This document shows positions 55,561-64,000 of a DNA stretch of 64,000 bases, piece by piece. How positions within the stretch are numbered: position 1 is the first letter of the stretch; every line of letters begins with the position of its first letter. The notes beneath the pieces are model-generated. The model did not search any database. It was not told where the DNA came from and saw nothing but the letters and a program-made list of their open reading frames with translations. A program made the translations under genes and the position numbers. The DNA is from Eledone cirrhosa (Eukaryota). Location of the stretch: assembly GCA_964016885.1 (NCBI GenBank), contig OZ024762.1, forward strand, positions 5,270,001 to 5,334,000, given 5' to 3'.

Positions 55561-58499
55561 AGTGGGAATTCCAAAATCTATGTATCGATGTATGTGTGTG
55601 CGTGTGTAAATGTGTGTATATGTATGCATATAATTGTTTCTACTTTTTGGCACAAGGCCAGCAATTATCCCAGTGTATTACTGGTACTTTATGTTATCGA
55701 CCCCGTAAGGATGAAAGGCAAAGTTAACCTCGTCGGGATTTGAACTCAGAATGGCAAGGGCCGTAACTCTATGCGTCAAAGCATGGCGTCCGACCCTCTA
55801 CCAATACTGCCAATCCACCGCCATATGTATGTATATAATTGTTTCTACTTTTGGCACAAGGCCAGCAATTATCCCAGTATATTACTGGTACTTTATTTTA
55901 TCGACCCCCATAAGGATGAAAAGCAAAGTTAACCTTGGCGGGATTTGAACTCAGACCATAAAGGGCCGTAACTCTTTTGCTGCAAAGCATGGCGCCCGAC
56001 CCTCTACCGATACTGCCATAATAATATATAATAAGGCTCGATCGACTCTCGTTAAATCGGACCAAGGAAACAATGTTTCCGTTGGTCTTTCCAGTTGCTA
56101 ATACTATCTGTCGGTCGCAACTCCAGGTAGAAGGAGCAACGTGAAATAAAGTGTCTTGCTCAAGGACATAACGTATCGCCCGGTCCAGGAATCGAACTCA
56201 CAACCTCAAGATTGTGAATCCAATTCTCTAACCACTCAGCCACACGCCTTCACCATATATGTATATGAATGTGTATATGTGTGTATATGTATGTATATAA
56301 GTATGTGTATGTATATATGTATAAGTATGTATGTATGTATATATATATATTTCTAATCAAAAACATTGCCTATAGTTTTCAAATAATTTTGAAAATAATC
56401 AAGAATTCGGAGGGATTTAGTAATATAGCAAAAATCTTCCCATTCTTAAAGTCCCATCAGGGTTAACTTTGCCTTTCATCCTCCCTTGGTGGTTAAAATA
56501 AAGTAGCAGTCAAATGCTGGGGTCAATGTAATCAACTAATCTCTTGTTGCTAAAATTGCTGGCCCTGTGCCTAAGTTAGAAACCATTATTAAGCTGTTTG
56601 GAACCTAAAAGTTCTTACATAGAATTATGATGGAAGGTTTTTAAAAATAGGTATAAGCACTTTTAAAACAGTTTTGTATCGGAGAATCAGGGGCAGTTTC
56701 AAATGGTTTGCTGTCAACAGCATTAATAAATTTTTTTTTTTTAAATGAATTGAGTTTGAAGGTAGATTTGAAAGCATTGTGACAATATTATAGAAATCTT
56801 AAATGAGTAGGCTTACTGAGCTTGGATAAAAAAAAAAAACAGACATGGAAAGTCACAGCAGAGAATGTAAAGTCATCAAGGGGTAAGACAGGGGTTAATG
56901 GGGAATGTCACTTTAGACTAGCAAATAAAGTATTCTAGCAGACCATACGCCGACTTTGTAATAAGAGGTCCTTAGCCACAACTACTATCAGAAGCTCGTC
57001 TGGGGTTCTTCTGTAGAAAGGTGTGTCATCATGGGATGAAGAGAATACTTTGCTGATCTAAATTCGGCCACAAACTGTAGTTATGCCGAAAAAATAAAGA
57101 TAGACTAGTCACGACTGGAATGCCTTTGATCATACGTCCACTCGATAGAAACCTACTTGGGGTTAAACAACAGTAACAAAGATGAATCTCTCACAAAGTC
57201 ACCATTTTAAAGAGGTCGAAGTGGTGGTGATGGAGGTAGTGAAATACATGGAGACGGGGGAGAAAGGAATGTGCAGTCGATCGAAACGATCTATAAATCT
57301 GGTACTCGTTTTATCGATCACCACCACTCAACACTCAAGCTCCGCTAGAATGAATCCAAAGGCTTTTGTTAGGAACGAGCGCACACACAGACATACACAC
57401 ACACACAGACAGCACACAGACAACATACAGATATACGAAGACGACATAAACACACACATATATAGACATACCAAGACGACACAAACACACACCTCGGTAC
57501 AACTCCCACCTCTGGGTTGATGAAAATAAAAATAAACCATTTCACGAACTTCGCTAGTTGTTCTAGTCTCACATAATGTGTTATGACATTCATGCTTTTC
57601 CCAAGAGTCCTTCCTTTCTTTTATTTAAACCCCTTAGTTACTATATTTCAAATAATTTGGAGGGATTTGGTAATACAGTTCTAAAAGTACCAGTCATGTA
57701 CTGGTTCGATTTAATCGACTTTCCCCACAAATTGCTGGCCTTGTGTCTACATTAGAAACCCTGATTTATTTCCTATTTAGAACACAATTTAAATGACCTT
57801 AAATAAAATTTGATAAACAACTTTCTATCATAGAAGGTGGGGGTCTTAGTTAAAATGATGGTGGGAATTATTTTTTTTTAGATAAAAAAAAAAAGATTCT
57901 AATAAACAGCTGTATGTTAGAAGCAGAAGCAGTTAAAGAGGAGTTGGTGAAATGAGATGCAATGGCTACAACCGATAATCGAAACCGGGATGTTAGAGCA
58001 TGATGGGAGTTTATTATTGGCTGATAACATAATGGTATCGATTAAGAGATGGAGACCTAGGGAAAGAGAGAGAAAGGGAGACAGGGAGAATTAAGGAGAG
58101 AAAGAGAGGGGGGGAAATTAGACAGTAAGTAGAGAAAGAATATATATACATACAAACACACACATATACATACAAACACACACACACACACATATATACA
58201 TACAAATACACACATATTTAATTGGGGGGTGGGGTTACGATTCCATTCGGAAAACCACGAGAGAGAGAGAATAAGATTAAGTAAGCATAATTGTCGTCTG
58301 TCTTTCCAAATGCGTTGTCTGCAGGGAAGTTGGCCATTTCTTGTGTGTTAACCGAGATATCTGCTACCAGGAAGTGATTAAAAACTTTGATTTCATCATG
58401 TCTAGCAGATCAAGTCTCCCAGCTGTATAACATGTGTGTGTGCGTGTACTAAATACAGTAAAATATTCATCTATTTTAAATATACATAATTATAATATA

Positions 58500-60050
58500 A
58501 ATCTATTTATCTAGGGCGGGTAAAATTCATCAAGATCCATGGACGAGTTCTCTCCGGCGGTTTCTGTCCCTCATCATCGCTGCCATGTCCTGCGTCTCCA
58601 AGAGACCAGTGTCTGTCTTTAGGGCATCAACCTCGGTCTCCCTCTTCCAGTGTGTCCATGCAGGGGCTCCTACAGGAGCACCGAGTGCAGTGTCAACTCT
58701 GGATGTCGGTGAGCATGTCCAGCTAACCCCAGTCTCCTCTGTGCTACTCTCAAGCTGACTTTTGGGAGGCTCCCATACAGCTCCGAGTTCTTCATCTTCA
58801 GTGTATACTGAGTAATGTTCTGAGCCATCCTCAGCATTCTCGTGTAGCACCCATCCACCATCTGAGTGAGTTTCTTGGTCAGTGTCGTACAGACCCGTAA
58901 AGCAGCAGCAGACTCCACTACAGCAACGAAAAGAGGGATCTTCAGGTCTTTACAAAGGTCCGACTTCCACACTGATCTCAAACTGTGGCATGCCGCCCAG
59001 GCTTTGCTCTTCCCCTCGACCATATCATCTTCTGTATTCCCAATCTTTGCTCCCAGATACAGGAAGTCCTCAACCAATTCTAGCAGCTCTGGTTTCTTAA
59101 TAGTCTCTACCAGATACTTCGTCTTAATCTCATTCATTCTCAGCCCCACACTCATCGACACAGTCTCCACCTCCTGCATCAACTCCTCTGCCTCCTTCAC
59201 TGTGTTTGTCACCAGAACTATGTCGTCAGCAAATTCAGCATCCGATATCTTTTTCGCCTTAACTCTCCTGATTTGAGCCGGTGTTACAGTAAAGCCAGAG
59301 TCCTGGTGTTTCTCCAGCGCAAGGCACATACACTAGTCCACTGCGATGACAAAAACTTAGGGAGCCAATGAATCTCCTTGGAGCACTCCAGCCAGTATCT
59401 CAAAGAACTCTGTCATCCCATCAGGTGTAATGACTTAGGCTTTGGTGTTGGTATAGAGCAGTGATATCAGGTCCACTATCTTCTTGGGGATTCCATAAGC
59501 CTGTAAGATCATCAGGCAGTGACGGTCCACGGAATCAAAGACCTTCCTAAAGTCAATGAAAACCATGACCACAGGAAGGCTCTTTGCTCTAGCTCCCTCT
59601 AATATCCTCCTTGGCATCAGGATGTGACTGGTGGTTGATCTCTCCCTGAAGCCGTTCTGGTTGTCCCTGAGCTTCTTCTCCATGTTGGGCTGGATCCTGT
59701 TAAGAATCATCCTGTTGAAGGTCTTTGCCACAAGTGACGTCAGTGAGATCCCCCTGTAGTTGTTGGTGTTAGAGAGATCTCTCTTCTTTGGCACTGGGAT
59801 GATGTTACTAATCCTCCATTGATTCAGGGCAACTCCTTTCTCCAATACCTGGTTACAGAACCCCAAGATTATGATATCAAAATCACACCTCTTCATCACC
59901 TCTGATGCCACTCCATCTTCTCTATGAGCCTTGCCCTCCTTGATCTTCTTCTTGGCTCTCTGAAGCTCCTCTCTGGTGAAGGGTCCTGTCTCAATATCCA
60001 GTTCCTCAAACAGCTGCCTGATCTCCCCAGTGTTCTGGGCTGTGGAAGGC
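58500..60050 (-). mobile_element. Decayed non-LTR retrotransposon RT and 3' end
   Basis: PVPKKRDLS..NYRGISLTS..NQNGFR..FIDFRKVFDS..GVLQGD..EFADD..FLYLG..DGCYTRMLR; frameshifted. Confidence 0.9.
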
Positions 60051-60488
60051 AGCTTGTGATTTCAGGGAGATGTGACTGCTATTTCTGACCGGTATGAGAA
60101 ACTCATTTGATGATCATAGTGATGATGATGGTAGTGGTGATAAAGGTGGTTGTGGTGGTGGTGATAAAGGTGGTGAAGGTGGTGGTGGTGGTGGTGGCAA
60201 AGATGGTGGTAGTGATGGTGGTGGTTGTGATGAAGATGGTGGTGGTGGTGGGACCATGATCATGGTGACGATAGTGGTGATGGTGATAATGGTTAGCTAT
60301 GAATGAAAATAAATAGGGCGGAAATGTTTCGTTTTGATTATGAAAAATGAAACAAAAGAATAAAATAACAACGCCTGACTGAACCCCACCCCCTGCCACC
60401 ATCAACCCCGACATAATTGACTTGGAAAGTTTTGTAAAGAAAATCGTTATCGTGTATACTAACTAAAATTGTATGGATGTTTTGATGA

Positions 60489-60524
<36 letters not shown>

Positions 60525-61281
60525 GCAAGTAGAAGCTTAGTAAAATCGAAGCTTTGGCTGTGGCCAAGCAAAATCGAGCTACAATAAGGAATGAGTAGCA
60601 AAGCACTCAATAAGGGTAGGCCCTCAGAGTGATAACATACATTTAGATAGCTTGACAAATTGAAATATATATATATATATATATACTAGCAGTGGTACTT
60701 GGCGTTGCATGGGATAATGTATTTTGGAACGCAGGCCGCCAACAGACCTAATCGTGGAAAAACTGCATGCCTGGACAATATGTAAAGAAAATAAACCGAA
60801 TACTCTGATGGCTGGATAATCTTTGAGATTTTCCTCGATGAAGCAGGAAAAATGCAGGTTTTCACCTTGATGAATTTTTTTTATGTGCATAATATGCCTT
60901 GAAATTTCGAGAAAATCGGCTAGACGTAACGCTGAAAAAAAAAAATGAAGTTTTTCACCTAATGCGGGCCCTAGGCCATAAAAAAGTTGCTCACAGTATG
61001 AAGAAGAGACGGACTAATACATAGTTACAATTTCAAGGAAATCGATCTGACGTAGCGCCTAAAAAAAAAACCTAAAAACCTAAAAAGCTGGAAAAAAACG
61101 CAGTTTTTCACCTAATGCGGGCCCTAGGGGATCAAAAAGTTGAATTTTCTTATGTGAATAATACTCCCTGAAACATAAGTAATACACATGTAAAGTTTGA
61201 AAAGAATCGGTTGGGTACTTCTCGAGTTTTAGGGATTCAAACTCACAGACACACACAGACAGACATCCTAGGTTTTATATA

Positions 61282-61327
<46 letters not shown>

Positions 61328-61579
61328 CACCCATGCATATATATCCGTATGTAGTTGATGGCCGAGAGAAAAGAGTACTAAATACCAAAGTATATTTTAA
61401 ATACTTAATGTATTAGAACTAAATTATTTGAATATGTTAAAAATCAACTACACCCCAGACCTCATTTACTTACTGAGGGGGATGGAACCCATCGAATCAG
61501 ACCATGGAAAAACCATGTTTCCATTGGTCTTTCAAATTGATAGTCTGCCCGTCGCAATTCAGAATTTATGTGTATATAT

Positions 61580-61958
61580 GGAGGCACATGGCTTAGTGGT
61601 TAGAGTATTGGCCTTGCAATCAAAAGGTTGTGAGTTCAATTCTCAGACCGGGTGATGTGTTGTTTCCTTGAGCAAGACACTTTATTTCACATTGCTCCAG
61701 TTTACTCAGCTGTAAAAATGAGATGATAGGGACTGGGGTCCCTATCATTCCACTGCAAAGTGGTCGTGGAGGTGCCACGGCAAAAAAGCACCCAGTACTC
61801 ACTGTAAAGTGGACATGTAGGTGCCACGGAAAAAAAAAGCACCCAGCACTCACTGTAAATGAGGTTGGTGTTAGGAAGGGCATCCAGCTGTAGAAATCAG
61901 CCAGAATCAGTTCCCGTCCCACCCTTGCAAGCAAGGAAAAGCAGACGTAAAATGATGA
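61580..61958 (+). mobile_element. SINE family A with internal module duplication
   Basis: Full head and tail; cactgtaaagtgg..aaaaagcacccag occurs twice. Confidence 0.88.
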
Positions 61959-62089
61959 TATATATATATATATTACAGATTAAAGTTTAAGCAAAGAATC
62001 GCTGCTTTCACCCTTAACGGGTTGCTCTACGGTTCTTATATATTTGATATATATTTATCCTTATCGAGCCCTCTTTATACATAGATACA

Positions 62090-62708
62090 TACATACATAT
62101 ATATATACATACATACATACATATACATATATATACATACATACATATACATATATATACATACATACATATACATACATACATACATACATGTACATAT
62201 ATATACATACATACATGTACATATTTATACATACATATATACATGTACATGCATATATATATATACATACATATATATATATACATACATATATATATAT
62301 ACATACATATATATATACATACATATATATATACATACATATATATATATACATACATATATATATACATACATATATATATACATACATATATATATAC
62401 ATACATATATATATACATATATATATACATATATATATACATATATATATACATATATATATACATATATATATACATATATATATACATACATATATAT
62501 ATACATATATATATACATATATATATACATATATATATACATACATACATACATATATACATACATATATATATACATACATACATATACATATATATAT
62601 ATACATACATATATACATATATATACATACATACATATATATACATACATACATATACATACATATATATATATATACATACATATATATATATACATAC
62701 ATACATAT
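62090..62708. repeat. (TA/CA/TACA)n compound microsatellite, representative of many in the window
   Basis: Similar tracts near 3200, 7620, 16560, 25380, 36650, 38870 and 48005. Confidence 0.92.
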
Positions 62709-62719
62709 AACTTTGAATA

Positions 62720-63875
62720 ACTTAGAAATCTTTTGGCCAGTATTGGCCCAGGCCATGTCTAACTTAATAGCATCACCTGGCGAAGTCTTTCAATTCAGGA
62801 TTTGGGCATCATGGCCCATTTGAGAAGGGAATTACTGTTTGCTGAGACATATCCGAGTGTGGGTGGTTTGTCCGGGATTACTTGGAGGAATTTGTCCAAA
62901 GACTTCTTGAATTTTGTGTGGTCAGTTTCTGTTTTGATGTGTCCTGGTGTGATGTTGAAGAGAGCAGGGCCAATTGAGGTGAAATAATTGTGCCATATTG
63001 TTGTTATGAGTTGCGATTTAGATTTTTGTTTGGGACGGATAGCACGGGGCCCAAGCCTTGGGTGTATCTTGAAGGCGATGCCAACATCATTTGGGCAGTG
63101 CTGATGAAACATTTTCCACATCATGCAGATAATATAACGCTCACGGCGACGTTGGAGTGAGTAAACTTTCAACTTTTCTAGTCGACCCCAGTAGTCAAGG
63201 TCTGACATGCCATCTATCTTTTTCGTGATTGCTCTTTGGGGAGCTTCAAGTTTCATGATACTTTGTTTCGTGTGGGGAGACCACAGTGGACAACAGTATT
63301 CAAGGTGTGGTCGGGCAAAAGTGGAGAACAGAAGGATAATGGTGTGGGAATCTCTCGACTGGAAGGTTCTGAGGATCCAGGAACACATTCTGCGGGCCAT
63401 GTCAACTTTGCTGCTTATATGCGTGGCCCAGCTTATGTTGCTGTCCACAGTTACTCCCAAGTCTCTGATGTTGTTAGATGCCATGAGAGTTTCACCGGAG
63501 GGAAGGGAGTACGGGAGTTTCAGAGCATCCTCTTTTCCAAAGTGGATCAGTTCGAATTTGTCTTCGTTCAGTAACATGTTGTTCTTTTCCGCCCATTGGG
63601 TAACAGCCAGTAGGTCTGACTGAAGGCTTATCTGGTCATCCACGCCATTGATGACCTTCTGGAGCTTGGAATCATCAGCGAAAACTCTAATGTTGCTGTG
63701 TTTGATGATGGCAGTGATGTCATTAATATAGATGATGAAGAGAAGTGGGCCCAACACAGTGCCTTGTGGGACCCCACTACTGACTTTGGCTGGGCTGGAT
63801 TTGACTCCTTCGACTACAACATGTTGGGTTCTGTTTGACAGGAAGCAAATCGAACTTCTTAACCACTCAGCCATA
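62720..63875 (-). mobile_element. 5'-truncated CR1-group LINE with uninterrupted 359-aa ORF2 C-terminus
   Basis: SGVPQGTVLGPLLF, FADDSKL, DLGV, RPHLEYCCPLWSP, SLQRRRERY. Confidence 0.92.
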
Positions 63876-64000
63876 CCTGTGTCCAGATACAGATCTGTAG
63901 AAAGAAATGGAGGTATAATTGACTGGTTTGAACAGGGTTATTACCGGTATTTATTTTATCGATCACACAAGCTTTGAATTTAGAAAGTAAAGACATCGTT

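Noticed and set aside
62014-62823. Long Y/I/M/C/V-rich ORFs here and at many other sites
   Set aside because: Dinucleotide microsatellite translations

Overview
AT-rich, microsatellite-saturated animal genomic DNA. The SINE and microsatellite landscape suggests a coleoid cephalopod such as an octopus, which is an inference. One protein-coding gene dominates: a minus-strand ZSWIM5/ZSWIM6-type SWIM zinc-finger gene. I traced 16 GT-AG coding exons with consistent phases from 30576 down to the stop codon at 4096 (3335 nt, about 1110 aa). I could not find its first coding exon, so 30577-64000 is probably part of one very large intron. Everything else is repeat-derived: several tRNA-headed SINE families, TTAA-flanked piggyBac-type MITEs, Tc1/mariner-type MITEs, non-autonomous Helitrons, LINE fragments (R4/Dong-like, RTE-like, CR1-like), a Penelope GIY-YIG fragment, and many mini- and microsatellites. 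I found no convincing new multi-gene system. The best leads are RNA-structural: hammerhead-ribozyme cores sense to the host pre-mRNA, an isolated GC-rich hairpin, fold-back junctions, inverted SINE pairs around exons, and satellites born from transposon fragments. Exon coordinates were counted by eye and repeat boundaries are approximate.
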